DNA of 64,000 bases from Trypanosoma brucei (taxonomy: Eukaryota). The notes beneath the pieces were generated by a model that was given only the letters and a program-made list of their open reading frames with translations, had not been told where the DNA came from and did not search any database. The translations under genes and the position numbers were made by a program. The stretch spans positions 3,616,001-3,680,000 of the forward strand of contig CM000208.1 of assembly GCA_000002445.1 (NCBI GenBank), in the 5' to 3' direction. Shown here piece after piece: positions 29,184 through 42,200 of this stretch (position 1 is the first letter of the stretch; every line of letters starts with the position of its first letter).

Positions 29184-30641
29184 ATGGCAAGTTCTACAGC
29201 AACCGCCGACGATGAATTGGTACCATACCATGCATTCCACAATAATGATGAAAAAATGTTTCCCATGCTAACCCTTTACTGTCCACCAGTGCCACCGTCA
29301 ATGCTTGTGGGCCGCTACAAACCTCCGCAGAAACCCCCATACAAATACCTGAACGACATATCAACTGCAGGGCTCCGTGAACACATGGCTCAAGCTACAA
29401 TTGCACGCATGTGGCGGGGTCTTCTAACCCGTCGCCGTTTAAATAATGAGGCGGTTCACCGCTACGTGCGTCAGGTATTCGCTACAAAGATCCAATGCTG
29501 GTGGCGGTTCCTCATCGCTGGGTGGAGGCGGGACAAGTTGTCCAAGATAAAACAACAGTGGGTTGAAGAGCAGAAGAAAAACTTTTTGGAGAAGCGCTTG
29601 TCCGGTCAAGCGGCCATGAGAACATGGCAGCGAAGGCGTTTTGAGGACGCCGTTATGAAAATACAGCGTGTATTCCGTTGGTACCTCAGTCGACGAGACC
29701 TTTTATTCGCTGATGAGGAAGCCAAGTCGAAGGTTCTTCCCTTCCCGGTGGATTACAAACCTAAGGTGTATTTCCCCTGGCGCCGACGTCGGGAGGAAGC
29801 GGTCCAAAAGGTAGGGGAGAAGTTTGAGACTGCAGAGGACTCCGAAGGGCTTACAGGCGGATTCCAATTCCGCAAAACACCAAAGTACCCCAGTCCACCA
29901 ACGATTGAAGAGGTCAAGGAAATTAACGATGCGATGCGCCTTCGTGAAGCGAGGCTCGCGGAGATTCTCGATCAACCGGAGGTACATGAACGCAGACAGT
30001 GGAAGATTGATGGTCTTCGGGAAGATGACTTTGACCACAATGCGGGTATGATTCAGCGTTTTGTTAAGTACAGATGGGACGACGCGAAAAGGACAACGCT
30101 GAAGCTCACGTCGGAATACTTTGAAAAGAAGGCTCGCATCATTCAGCGCTCCTTCCATTTGTATAAGACGTTCTGCAGAATGCGGCAAAGCCGTAGGCTC
30201 AATGAAAAGGCTGCAGCGCGGCTGAACACCGGCTATGCGCGAGAGAGGTTGTCCGAGCTGGAAAAGGAGCTGGCGTGGAAGAAGATTCTCCTTAATAATG
30301 CCGCCCTGACGATTCAGAAATGCTGGGCGTTCTACAAGTACAAGTTGACTGCGCATGATCCCTTCTACGCTGCCGCGAATGAGGGAGAAAAGCAAGAAGT
30401 GGATGTTGAGGTTACCGTGCCCACAGCCCCACCATACCGGCTGATTGATGATCATATCCAACGTGAAGCTCAGCTCCGCAACGCTGCTTGCTCAAGGATG
30501 GCTAGGGAAATGGAAGAAATGGTACAGGCGAGGAAAAAGACATGCGGCCAACGATTCAAACCGAAAAAACTGATTATCGCTAGTGAGGAGATGGTTTATT
30601 GCCGCCGGTGCAGTGACAGCGAGGAGAACCCAGAGATGTAA
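29184..30641 (+). CDS. IQ calmodulin-binding-motif protein (485 aa)
   Basis: Multiple IQ motifs: 'IARMWRGLLTRRR', 'ATKIQCWWRFLIAGWRR', 'VMKIQRVFRWYLSRR', 'ARIIQRSFHLYKTFCR', 'ALTIQKCWAFYKYK'. ATG at 29184. Confidence 0.65.
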   Translation: MASSTATADDELVPYHAFHNNDEKMFPMLTLYCPPVPPSMLVGRYKPPQKPPYKYLNDISTAGLREHMAQATIARMWRGLLTRRRLNNEAVHRYVRQVFATKIQCWWRFLIAGWRRDKLSKIKQQWVEEQKKNFLEKRLSGQAAMRTWQRRRFEDAVMKIQRVFRWYLSRRDLLFADEEAKSKVLPFPVDYKPKVYFPWRRRREEAVQKVGEKFETAEDSEGLTGGFQFRKTPKYPSPPTIEEVKEINDAMRLREARLAEILDQPEVHERRQWKIDGLREDDFDHNAGMIQRFVKYRWDDAKRTTLKLTSEYFEKKARIIQRSFHLYKTFCRMRQSRRLNEKAAARLNTGYARERLSELEKELAWKKILLNNAALTIQKCWAFYKYKLTAHDPFYAAANEGEKQEVDVEVTVPTAPPYRLIDDHIQREAQLRNAACSRMAREMEEMVQARKKTCGQRFKPKKLIIASEEMVYCRRCSDSEENPEM

Positions 30642-32528
30642 AAAAAAAAAAGAAAATAATAATGTATCAATGCAACAAGTAGATGGGAAAGAGAGCGGTG
30701 ATGCGAAGTAATATCAAAAGAGAGATATAGGAAAGAAGGAGATGAGGGATTTGTGTATGTGTGTGTGTGTGTGTAGAGTACGAAATATTGTCAACCAGGG
30801 GATGAGGTTTTAGGAAGAGGTTAGGAATCACTGTTGCTGTTATTACTATTATCACCATTAATAGAATTATATGGGCGACCCGGTACGCAGTGGCTACTCT
30901 TGTGCAAAGAAAAAAAAATGCAAATTCAATCTCGTCAGTTCAAGGGAAGGAATAAACTCCCAGTTTATTGGCTGAAATAATTGAGTTGAGTGAGCAAGAA
31001 AAAAAAAAAGACAATGTGGGTGTTGAATAGGATATGACAGTACTAAAGTCGCAGTAGACAGCGCTGAATCCGACTGCTTCTCGATTTTATCCGCCTCCTT
31101 CTCCCTTTATGCTTTGGGTGAATCGACTCTTCAGTCTTCACACTCGGACTCAATCTTTTATTTCCTTCCTTCCCTCTCAACTCACCCCGCAGATGTGATG
31201 CAGCTTGAGTCTGCCTGTGTATTTGCATATCTCGCGAACTGTTTGTTTTTCTTTAAATTCACTAGGTGCCCTCTCACAGTTCTATCTATAACTATCACTT
31301 CAATTTTACGACTTGATCATGCAGAGTCGTTATTATTATTGTTATTATTATTGTATTTTCATTGCGTGGAGGCCACACCGAAACGTTCGTTGGAGCATGA
31401 AGTAACCGCAAAATGAGAAAGAAACCGAGAAAGAAAGCGGAAAGAATGAGAGACCCGGCATTTGAAGGACTTGAACCTTCAAAATATCCTACAGGAAGAG
31501 AAAGAATTGAGATGTATATAACTTTGTTTGCCTGTGTGAATGACATCCCTTGTACATCTATATAAAAGTCTACAACTATTTTCTGAGAGCTCCTTTCATT
31601 CCTTTTCTCTCGGTTCGGCCCCATTCCATTTTTCTGCCTGTGCAACTGTCCTGTTTTTTTTTTTTTTACGTGTGGACGGAAAGAAGGAATGTAATATGAA
31701 AGAGAGAGAGAGAGAGGAATGATAAGAGGGGTGTCACCGTCAACAACACAGTTTATCCCTTTGTGATGTGCTGCCAAGGACACGCTTGTCGTACACTTCA
31801 ATGATGTGTAGTAATATGAAGGTGGCGGACGAAGCAGAAGAGAAAGAAGTGAAAAGAAAGGAGTGGATTGTGTTTTGTGTTTGTATGTATGTGCCCTTCA
31901 TTGCAGGCTTTTTTTCTTCTACGCTCATTAACTGGATGACTGGTTTGTTTGAGAAGGTCTTTCAGCAGCTGTCCCTCTTATATATATATATATATGTATA
32001 TGCAAATATTTATTTATCTATATGACTTACTTGCCCCCCCCTTTTTTTTAAATATTCGCTGGTGGTGTTAGGGGGAATTCACTAAGAAAGGATCGCTGTC
32101 TGGTATTGGCTGCACGGGGGGCCAATAACAGGCTTGTGGCCATTAGCAAAATAACTCACCATCACGCCCTTTTGTTGTATATCTTCGGAGGACGATAGCG
32201 GGCAATCAGCCCAAGCAGAAACGTCCAACTGATTTGAAGGTGCTGTGTGAGGGGAGTTGGAAGTGGACGAATAGCAAGAACAAGTGGGTTCTTCGCCCCA
32301 GGGAGGCCGCGGTGATATTGCCAGTAACGGATTGGTGTGCGTGTGTGTGAGAGATAGAGCATTCTCCCCTTCCCCCCCCTTGCACATTTTGCTACACCGT
32401 TTTTGTGTCCTCACCATCACCATAACTACAGGGGGCTGAGTAACGACGCCGCGTAACTAGCCTGACACATCTGACTGGTCACCTATATATTTTTTAAACA
32501 AGGTGGGAGAGATAGACTCTCTCGGAAA

Positions 32529-34784
32529 ATGAAGAAATCCACAGTACTTGATGCGCGGCCAACAGGTCCATTACCGAGAAGGCCGCAGCAGCCGTCGCCT
32601 GTGGAAGTAAGAAACAGTTCCCAAGTAGAAAAAAACAATGCGCGGGGGAGTTGGCGGAAGCTTTCTCCCTTAGGGAGGCAACAAGAAGAGCAAGGAGGAC
32701 TTATTCATAGTCAGTCGCAGTCATTAGATACGTCATTCGCTCCAAATACTAATACTACTTTAGGTTCAACAGATGTGAATCTCAATTCCGGTGTTAGGGA
32801 CCGTCCCTCGCCACGGCATAGCATAATGCACCGCCGTGAAACTCGTCCCCTTCTGCCATCCAACCCCACTGATAGCGGTGTGTATGCTTCGGAGGATTGC
32901 GGTTCCTCCTCTGCAGGCTTTCCGCGTTTCTCTTCAATGGGTAATATAGACAAATCACGCGATAACGGACAGCTTCCTGACGGACTATGTACGGGAGGTA
33001 GTGAAGTGACGCATAGTAGCGCTGTGCACGGTGAGGCAATTACAGATGAGCTTCTGCGTAGGTTAACTCGTTGCAGTGATCTTAAATCAGTCTCATCCGC
33101 TCAGTTCCAGTTGGATTTCGGGACCCTGCGCTGTGTAGAAAGCATCAGTGCAAGGATGCCTCAGCTGAATTCGCTCAAGCTGAATAACTCAAGAATTACT
33201 GAGCTGCGCGTTTTGGGAACGAATTACGCAAACTTGAGGCGACTCTGGATTAGCAATTGCCTTGTAAGCAGTGTGTCCGGAGTCGGCGCATGCGCCCCCG
33301 TTCTTGAAGAATTGTACGCATCGTTCAACAGCATCTCAGACATTGACGCCCTTACTGAAGTTAGCTCAACTCTTCAGGTTGTAGATCTGGAAGGAAATGA
33401 TATACGCGACACCGATATGCTAAAAAGAACTCTGCCCCAGCTGAAGAAGATGAAACACCTGGTTTTGAAGGGAAATCCCGTAGCATCATCCGAGACCATA
33501 GTTGAACTGTCACATAGCTCGGAAGAAAAGGGCACACGACAACGCAAGGTTTCCTATTCTAAACTTATTGGGCATTTGATGCCCGATCTACAATACTTGG
33601 ACGATGCAGAAATAAGCAACACTTCTTTACAGAAGTCAGCTCGCGTCCAAAAAAAACATCATTCTGCTCACGTTGATCCTCTTGAAATTTGCATTCGCGA
33701 TGAGTATTTGTTTGTGCAGGAGTGCATTCGCGAGTGTGGGTTCGACGCTTTGGGTGCTTCCGGTGCCGATGAAATGCACGGTTCGTGCTCCAGGTCGAAT
33801 GTTTCACTTATCAGCTCCCGTTCACACCAACTTAAGCAGAATAGGCCTTCCTACGACAGAAATAGGCCGTCGGTCGCGGTCAGGTCCCTGCGTAAGAATA
33901 GTCAGTCCACCGCTAGCAGCGGGGATTCTACTAATCAAGGCTGTGATGGTGGCAAACCGCGGCCATCTTGTCAGCGGTGGGGGCCGACACAACGCACATC
34001 ACGTCTATTCACTGGTCGTGTGACCTCTGTTGGTGCCCCCAAAGCGCGTTGCAGGCAACTGCCGCCTCTGAAAGAAACCCCGGCATCTCCCAGCACGGAA
34101 GGACTCGGCAACGAACCGGGGAACGATGGCCAAAGACAACAGGAGTCGGGTGCAATGATGCAACTTGCCCTGAAACCCGTGCCACCTGACGCAAATAGTA
34201 CAAGAGGAGAAAGGAAGCAGCAAAATACAACCTCTCCCATTTGTGGCCTGACGGCAGCTAAGGGAAATGTTTACGCGTTTGACGTTTGCGATGACGATGA
34301 CGATGAATTGGAGAAATCGAAAGAAAGCCTGATGCATCGAGTACGTCTAGGTAATAGTGCGACATCTCAACAAGCGACATTCATGGGGAGTGGTACCGCC
34401 AAGTCCACCAATTCTGAGTTGGCTGACAGTGGATTGTCCTTTCTCTTGCATCGCTTGTCTACCTGCACTCATCCATCAGGGGCTGATCCCCCTGACCAGC
34501 GTAATGAGCAACAGCAAGAGCAACCAACCACTGCGGGAGCAACCAGTCGCTGCTTAGATGATCTGGAAACACCGGGCGATGGACCGTTAGAAAGCTTAAA
34601 TGGTACACCCGAGAAAGATTGGGAGTGGCGGCGGGAGCTTATGCAATCTGTAGTTGATATTCGAAAGATGACTTCGGAGGCTGCTCTGAAGGAGAGGGTT
34701 CAGGGATCTAAAGAGGTTGATGGTGGTGGTTTAGAGAAAGTTGAGTCGGAGGACGAAGAGGATGTTAGTCCTGTTGTATTTTAG
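32529..34784 (+). CDS. Leucine-rich repeat protein (SDS22-type LRRs, 751 aa)
   Basis: 'MPQLNSLKLNNSRITELRVLGTNYANLRRLWISNCLVSSVSGVGACAPVLEELYASFNSISDIDAL...LQVVDLEGNDIRDTDML...LKKMKHLVLKGNPV' are LxxLxLxxNxI repeats. ATG at 32529. Confidence 0.7.
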   Translation: MKKSTVLDARPTGPLPRRPQQPSPVEVRNSSQVEKNNARGSWRKLSPLGRQQEEQGGLIHSQSQSLDTSFAPNTNTTLGSTDVNLNSGVRDRPSPRHSIMHRRETRPLLPSNPTDSGVYASEDCGSSSAGFPRFSSMGNIDKSRDNGQLPDGLCTGGSEVTHSSAVHGEAITDELLRRLTRCSDLKSVSSAQFQLDFGTLRCVESISARMPQLNSLKLNNSRITELRVLGTNYANLRRLWISNCLVSSVSGVGACAPVLEELYASFNSISDIDALTEVSSTLQVVDLEGNDIRDTDMLKRTLPQLKKMKHLVLKGNPVASSETIVELSHSSEEKGTRQRKVSYSKLIGHLMPDLQYLDDAEISNTSLQKSARVQKKHHSAHVDPLEICIRDEYLFVQECIRECGFDALGASGADEMHGSCSRSNVSLISSRSHQLKQNRPSYDRNRPSVAVRSLRKNSQSTASSGDSTNQGCDGGKPRPSCQRWGPTQRTSRLFTGRVTSVGAPKARCRQLPPLKETPASPSTEGLGNEPGNDGQRQQESGAMMQLALKPVPPDANSTRGERKQQNTTSPICGLTAAKGNVYAFDVCDDDDDELEKSKESLMHRVRLGNSATSQQATFMGSGTAKSTNSELADSGLSFLLHRLSTCTHPSGADPPDQRNEQQQEQPTTAGATSRCLDDLETPGDGPLESLNGTPEKDWEWRRELMQSVVDIRKMTSEAALKERVQGSKEVDGGGLEKVESEDEEDVSPVVF

Positions 34785-35224
34785 GCTAACTAGTTTGTAG
34801 ATATTATCCAACGAGGTAACGCTAGTCGAGTTGGTAACATATATTCTTTCATAAAATATTATTACCTCTTTTTGTGGATGTTGTTGTTTGCGTTTGTTTT
34901 CACTAGTGTTTTGGATGATGTGTAGGCTTTCAATACAGGGAGAGGAGGGGCTAAAAGCACATGAAGTAGGTAATTGAGTGAGAGAGGGGTGGGGGTTGCC
35001 CAGAGTAAAAGACCATGAGACGCACTGAACGTCCACCATTCCGCTTCCTTTTGCTTTTCTCAACGCCTTCCTCTACCTCTTCTTAACCTTCCATGTGATT
35101 TGTTGGCATCGTTATTTTAATTAGTTTGGTTCGTTGCTGAACCAGTGCTGTGTGAGCGCCGCGTCCCGTTGTTTTTCTTCATTCGGCTGTATAGACAGAT
35201 GGGCAAAGGAAACTGGCATGTGTG

Positions 35225-35227
<3 letters not shown>

Positions 35228-35268
<41 letters not shown>
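35228..35268. repeat. (TA)~20 microsatellite
   Basis: 'atatatatatatatatatatatatatatatatatatatatac'. Confidence 0.95.
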
Positions 35269-35269
<1 letters not shown>

Positions 35270-36296
35270 GAATACTTATTTATATTCCGGGGAAAGGAAT
35301 GTAAAAATTCAGGGAAAGGGATGAACAATGAGGGGTAAAGAGAGCAGCGGTGTAGAAAGTATCAATACTAAAGGAACCAGTAAGAAGCAGTACAGAGGAA
35401 AGAGAAAAAGAGACGGGAAACAACCATGAAGGGGGTTTACTGTGAGCGAAACTAACCGAGATTATTTGTTCTGTCGTCAGGCTCGTGTTTCTCCCCCACA
35501 ATTGGTGTTTATCCGTCGTGCTTTCCTATCTGATATACTAAGTTTCGCCCTACTTTTGGCGACGAAAGCGGCGCTGCAGCGGGCCATTTTGCTTTTGCTT
35601 GTTTCTGCGCGTAGCTGAACCTTGACAAAATGTTGTCAGCAGCACCCCTGGTGGATCGTATCGCTCCGCTTTTCCCACTGTTCTTCTTCCCTTTCGTGGC
35701 TTTCTTAAATTTTCTACGATGTGTTTTCCTTTTGTTTGTATTCTAGAAACAACATCTCCGCTCGTTTGGTTTTATGAACAAGTGCCACTACGTTGCCCAC
35801 TGGGCGTTGTGACGGTTAAATTCAAATTGCCTGTTTATATCGCTACGGACATGTACACCCTCTTGCACCCGCACATACACATACGCAAACGAGCATACGC
35901 ATGCAACCGCCGGCATATGTGATATGATGCTTTTCGTTTACTCAATCCTCTCCGCTGTGAAGCTCCCGCAAACGCAAAAAAAAAAAAAGAACGATCAGCC
36001 GTGAATGTGCATCTCTTTTTTTAAAAAAATTTCCTCTGTGTCGGTAAGAGGTTAACAGCGGAATGTTAGGAGGTGCGTGCCGGTTTAAATGTCCTTTTTT
36101 TTTGTTCTTTGACGATATTTATCTTTGTTCCTCTTTTTTTTTTTTGATCTTGTCCTCTTCTTCCTTCGCCTTGTCCCTGTTTTTTTTTCTCTTTCCTGTT
36201 CGTAAGGCGGAGTCGCATTGCGGAACCAAGTTGATTCTTTTCCACCTGTGACGTATTCGTCTCTACACGGTCGTGGTCTTGAGTCTGTGTTTTTTT

Positions 36297-36310
36297 CCCC
36301 CCCCCCCCCC
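36297..36310. repeat. C14 homopolymer, followed by a C8 run at 36333-36340
   Basis: 'ttttttcccccccccccccaac'. Confidence 0.9.
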
Positions 36311-37051
36311 AACATTTGCCTTTTCCTCCCTTCCCCCCCCGTCCTGTAAACCCCGCATCATATCTTCCTTTTACAGTTGTTTTTTTTTTTCGCAAAGGTG
36401 TGTTCGTGTGCTGGATGAAAAATGCACTGAGGTAAATTGGCCTCTTGGGCAACGTACTGTTACTTCTTACTCGGAAAAAGGGGCCGCTTCCTGATTTAAA
36501 AAAAAAAATTGTTTATTTCTCTTCTCTTTCCTTCACCTTTTCCTTCTCGGCATCTGCACATAATTGCCGTAGTGTTTTGTTTGCCTCCCCCTACCTCGTT
36601 AGCATTTTGGTTTTCGCAACTTAAAGAAGGGGGCGGCGGATGCAAAAACGGAAAGGGAAGGTTTGTTTGCTTGGGGAAAGAGGTGTTGCGCCTGGAAGTT
36701 AGCAGGGAACTGGAAGGGAAAAGGTAGAAAGCAAACAACAACAACAACAACAGATAATAGTAATAATACCAGTAACGGTGTTTAGCACGTTGCCAACACC
36801 ATCGCGGAGGGAGTGTAGATCACTGAGCATGGTGTGAAGATTTTTTTTTCCTGGGAAAAAGAACAAAAAAAACTGAAAAGCGAGTACCGTAAAGGGATTC
36901 CACTCAGGTGATCACGGTAGTAAAAATACATGGTGTATGTGTGTGTGTGTGTGTGTGTAACCGCCGAAGAGACAGACCTACCTGATGATACATTCCACTC
37001 CTTTTCGCTTCCACTGTAGTAGATACTAAGACTTTTTTTTTCCCTTGACTG

Positions 37052-38239
37052 ATGTCGTGCGAAGGTTGCGGAAAGTTGGAGCCTGCAATGCAGTGCCCAA
37101 CATGCAAGAAACTTGGTCTTCCTCCAAGCTACTTTTGCACGCAGGAATGCTTCAAGGAGAACTGGAGCAACCATAAACTCAAACACAGCAACACTTCCGT
37201 TGCTAATGTTCCTACCATGACAGATTGGGCCATGAAAACGTTTGACTTCACCGGACCATTGCGGCCGGGTAAGATAACGCCACGCCGCGCTGTTCCGTCA
37301 CATATTCCGCGACCAGACTATGCTGACTGTGCAGGGGGCGTGTCTGCCTCAGAGGAAAAAGACCGAGGAAGTAAGGTGAAGGTATATAATATTCAGTTCC
37401 TTCACGATGACAGCAAAAAGACTGCGGAAATTCAGCGAATCAAGACTGTTTGTCAGCTCTCGCGGGAGGTGCTTGACATTGCGACGGCAGCGGCCAAACC
37501 TGGCATCACCACCGATGAGTTGGACCGCATAGTGCATGAAGCCACTGTCGAGCGTAACATGTACCCGTCTCCGCTAAATTACTACGGATTCCCAAAATCT
37601 GTGTGTACATCTGTGAATGAAGTTATTTGCCATGGTATCCCTGACTCTCGTGAACTCGAGGAGGGAGACATCTTAAATATTGATGTTTCAAGCTACCTCA
37701 ATGGATTCCACGGTGACCTGAACGAGACGGTATTCATTGGTCGGCCGGATGATGATAGCGTCCGGCTTGTGCACGCTGCTTACGAGTGTCTCTGCGCTGG
37801 CATTGGTGTAGTGAAACCTGAAGCCCTTTACAAGCAGGTAGGTGATGCTATTGAGGCCTGTGCTTCACAATATCAATGCTCAGTGGTTCGCACCTACACG
37901 GGTCATGGTGTTGGCCACCTCTTCCATACATCACCTACGGTGTGTCACTACGCCAACAACAAGAGTCTTGGCATGATGCGGCCAGGGCATGTCTTCACGA
38001 TTGAGCCGATGATCAACTTAGGAACATGGCAGGATGTAACGTGGCCTGATAAATGGACAAGTACCACTAAAGACGGGCGCCGAAGCGCACAATTTGAACA
38101 CACGATGGTCGTTACGAATGGTGGTGTGGAGATATTCACAGATTGGGTGGATGGTGTCCCTACGTATCAGAAGCAGCTGAAGGAATGGGGAATTATGTTG
38201 CCGCAGCGTAAAGAAGTGGGATCGGCTACCGCTGCTTGA
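37052..38239 (+). CDS. METAP1: Methionine aminopeptidase type 1 with an N-terminal C6H2 zinc finger
   Basis: 'CEGCGKLEPAMQCPTCKKLGLPPSYFCTQECFKENWSNHKLKH' is the MetAP1 zinc finger. The catalytic core contains 'FHGDLNETVFIG', 'HGVGHLFH' and 'FTIEPM' (metal ligands D, D, H, E, E). ATG at 37052. Confidence 0.9.
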   Translation: MSCEGCGKLEPAMQCPTCKKLGLPPSYFCTQECFKENWSNHKLKHSNTSVANVPTMTDWAMKTFDFTGPLRPGKITPRRAVPSHIPRPDYADCAGGVSASEEKDRGSKVKVYNIQFLHDDSKKTAEIQRIKTVCQLSREVLDIATAAAKPGITTDELDRIVHEATVERNMYPSPLNYYGFPKSVCTSVNEVICHGIPDSRELEEGDILNIDVSSYLNGFHGDLNETVFIGRPDDDSVRLVHAAYECLCAGIGVVKPEALYKQVGDAIEACASQYQCSVVRTYTGHGVGHLFHTSPTVCHYANNKSLGMMRPGHVFTIEPMINLGTWQDVTWPDKWTSTTKDGRRSAQFEHTMVVTNGGVEIFTDWVDGVPTYQKQLKEWGIMLPQRKEVGSATAA

Positions 38240-39261
38240 GGGATGTGAATACTGTCCAAATTGTGGGAAAAGTGTCAGGGGCCTTTCGACGCGGATGCCT
38301 TTCTTTCCTACCATATATTTAAGCAGCCTGTGATGTGTGGTTAAGTTTGTTTGGCGTTTAATATCTTTAAAAGTTGATGGAATGATCTGAAGAAAGCGGA
38401 GGCGATACTGAGGATGCTTGAGGCAGGACAGGAAGGATAGGAGGTTTAGTGTGGGTGCTTTGCACGAATGTAGGCGATGGTGGCCAAAGGTTACAGTCGT
38501 ACTGTGTTGTGTTGTTGCAGAGGTCGGTCGTAGCGTGTGTGCGCTTTGGGGTGGCGGAGGAAGGAGGGAAACGAAGGATGTCATTGTTTCTTAACATGCA
38601 GCTTCGGGTTGCAGGGAAACGATGGAAGTTTCGCACAGATGCGGTGTAGGAAGGAAGGGGTGACGTAACTAACTCTGTTCTTGTGGCAAGATGCCAAAGC
38701 AGCCACGTTTAAGTGGCTTTCATTTAACTATTGGGGTTAGACACGTAAAAGGATGCTTACACACGCATCTTTATCCATGTGTACTTGCTTGGCTTTCTCT
38801 TCGCATGCTCCCCGCTGCTTCATCAACCAGACTAATTATTCAAGAGCTATCTGTTTTCTCTGTACTCTCTCGGCGTACGAACAAACACATACACAAATAA
38901 ATAAACCCATATCGTAACGTTAGAGAGTAACTTACTCCGCGTACATACATAGGTTAATAACTAGTCTCTTTCGGGACAGAAGCAACGGCACGTAGCCACA
39001 GAGGTGTCTCTAGGGGAGATACACCTGTTTTATTTTTTTGTGAAATTGGAGTATTATCCAGCTCTTCTTACAATTTCTCTGTTGGGAGAACCTCTGCCCC
39101 ACTTCGTCCGCACAAAGTACATTGTGCCGAGGCTTCTTGACACTTTCTATTTTAAGATACAGGCGGCGCAGAGTAGAGAAGCACACCCAAATCACACAGG
39201 CATCCAATTGGGAAGGGGGGAAATAGAGTGGACGCGCCAACTAATAATCCGCTAACGAGCA

Positions 39262-42200
39262 ATGCAGCGGGAAGTGATACGTTGGCTGCAGTCATTAGAC
39301 CTCACACAACAGGTGCGATACCCTCAGCAAGATCTCTCAAATGGATTTGTGTTCGCCGAGATTGCCAGCCGCTATGACCGTCAAGTGGGCATGCACTGCT
39401 ACGTTCCCGGCTGCTCCGCCGAATCCAAGCGGTCGAATTGGAAAGTGCTGCTTGCAGATATGAAGCGGATAGGTTTTTCCGCCATAACGAAAGAAACTGC
39501 AGAGTCTATAGCACAAGGTAAGCCAGGTGCAGCCATTACACTGCTGAACCAACTGTACGAATTCTTCAGCGGCCGGCCAGCCCCGACGAGTTCGGATGAC
39601 TTTAGCAAAAAGGCCAAAGCCCTGCGACGCGCGTTGGAAGGGCCTTCGACCTCTTCTGAGGGAGCCAGTGCTGCTTATTCAAAGGAAGAGAATCATTCGC
39701 TCCCACTACTGGCTAGTGAAACACGTATTTACGAAAGATTGCGGCAACCGGGCTTCGCTCAGCCGACGGCGGCGGCTCTTCTGCGTGTCGTCAACAGTGG
39801 CGCAAGGTCGGTTTGCCTCGCTGGCGCTGTCCCTCCAGACGAGGTGAAAACGAGGAGACGCAATGAGGATCTGCTTCTGGAGCACGAGATGTTATACAAG
39901 GCATGCAAGAGGACGGAACCAGATCGGTTCGAGCCGAAGAAGCGGCCACACACTGATACCGTGGTGCGCCCAAAGAAACAGGTCGATTCCTTAAAAACAA
40001 AGCAGGGTGTTGTTCCCTTGAACATAGGTGGTTCAACGGTTCACTTGGAGTTGCCAAACGATCAGGTGGCCGATCTTTTGCGCCTTCGTCCGACCGCCGA
40101 TGGGTTTCATGCGGTTGCGGGGGAACAGTACACGGGCAACACTACGGATATGCAGGTGTTCAACATCTTTAGGGCCAGCGGGACGAACCTTCGCCTCTGT
40201 TTGTCAAAGTTGCTAGGAATAGTGTTGTGCACCGGAAAACTTTCCATTGAGCCACTACGGTTGAATGACGATGTGGGTGCTGGTGATGTTTTTAGCGCCT
40301 TTGTTGGTCAATGTAATAGTTTACCATTACCAACTGCCGGAAAATGCTGGGAAGCCGTGTCCGACGCTAGTGAGTACATCGCACAGGTGTTGCTTGACAA
40401 ACCCACAGAGTATTTTTACCTCCTTCGAGTGATGGACTTTCTTTTTTCATCCGAATCAATGGGAATTCGCATGCTGCACGTACCTGGCGCTTCCACTGCT
40501 GAGCACCTGGGCGCTGCAGAAGAATTAACTTCCACGAGTAACTGCACACGCTCCGAGGTTTCTCGTTCGACGAGCAAGAAATACTCGAGTTATGTCACTG
40601 TGCTGGAGGACCCCTGTTTCACCAAGCATTCACAACAGCAGAGCGCACGAGCGTTCAATCTTGCTGCAGCACATGGGTTCCTCTACAACATTGGCCTGGC
40701 TGTGAATAATCTCTCACCTTCGTTGGCGTTGTCGTTAATAGCTGACTACTATCTTCCCGCGGTTTCACCGTCTCTCCCAACAGCAAGCTCGATGGCATTG
40801 GAGGGAGTCTGTCGGCTGGTGGTCGCGCACCTGTGTGGCGACAGTAGTTCTCTCAATGCTGGTGATGACGATGCCCCGTTGTCGCCCTATAAAGACGGCG
40901 GGGGCGAAGGAAGGAAGGAAGAGTCTTGTGTATCAGAGGAAGACGAGGAGGAAAGGGGAAACAAACGACCCTTTAGTGACTCAAGATGGGAGCCCTCCAA
41001 GCAGCTGGCTGCGTTCCTTACAGGCCCCCTAAAAGAAGCCTTTTTACCAGGTGGCGTACGCGATGTGACGAATTCAGCCCAGCGGCGTACACAGTATGGT
41101 TTATTTCTATATCATACCCTTCGTCACGTGCGAAGCACCTTTGGAGGAGTCGATCTGTGCAGGAACGAGAGCAGCGTATCTGTCAGTGCATCATCAGCGC
41201 ATAGGTCGCGTTTCCATTCCCTTACTGGGTTGGGCGCCGCTGGAGTGTGTGCTTCACTTGCCTCCTCCTCGGCAAAAGAGAGGGCCGTTGGTGTGGCAAC
41301 ATTGCTGGAGCTGATCTTGTGGGACAGGTGGGATGCAGCTATTAAACCGCTCCTTAAAATAATCAGTGACACACGGCAGGATGGATCATTTTCGAAATTT
41401 GTTCGTCCTTCCGCAGAAACTTGGGAACTTCGTGTGCTTCTTCTGGAACTGTTTTCCGTCGCGTTTCACCGGGTTCTGCTCACATTAGCGGATGGGACCG
41501 CCGTTGAAGGAATCCAGAACAATGTCGAGGAAGGAGACGATGTATCTAGTACCCTGCCCATTGTCAAGCAAGTTGATTTGCATAGTCTAGAAGAGGCCAC
41601 GGTAAACTGTATGAAGTCCTTTTCTGCTGCACCGCTGATGCAGCGTGAGTTGGTACTTCAAATAATTGGGAGGAGGCTTCTTCCTGAGAAACAGCGAAAC
41701 GTTGCTGCTGCGTGGATCGACTGCTTGTTCGGCCTACCTGCAGATCAGCTGGAATTTCTACTCGGCGCTGACCCTGCACTGCACCTCCGAAGTTGGGGAA
41801 ACAACCAAGAGATGCAGCCAACCCCACGTGGAACAGTTTCGTCTCAGGTGCAAGGCAGCTTTTCTTCAGTGCGGCTCGTTGCATGCCAAGAAAATCGTCA
41901 ACTCAGCCTGTCCGGTTACGCAGCAGGATTATCTAGTGACTTCAACACGTCGGAGAATCCTGGAACCGATGTGCGTGTGCTTCTCGGTCGCATCGAAAGC
42001 GCATACGTTGTAACTCCCCTGAATCATACATGGAATGTGTTCACTGTTGTACAAACGGTAATTATCTTTAAGAGTAGAATCACCACGCTGCAACTTTTTT
42101 CGGTCATTCACGCGGCACTCGTCAGTCCACAGGGTTATGATAGGGAATTGCAGAGTTTGCTGATGGACCTGAGGGTTCTTGGAGGCAATGATGGTGCTGC

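Noticed and set aside
29703-30461. 252-aa minus-strand ORF antisense to the IQ-motif gene
   Set aside because: It lies entirely inside a well-supported + strand gene in a unidirectional polycistron. It has no domain signal. It is probably a chance open frame in GC-balanced coding sequence.
31295-31801. 168-aa minus-strand ORF in the 30.6-32.5-kb intergenic region
   Set aside because: The translation is dominated by low-complexity runs ('IIITIIITT', 'KKKK'). It spans microsatellite DNA, starts at a non-verified codon, and is on the opposite strand to the whole transcription unit.
38018-38584. 188-aa minus-strand ORF overlapping the 3' end of MetAP1
   Set aside because: It is antisense to a confidently identified gene and extends into the intergenic region. 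No domain is recognised.
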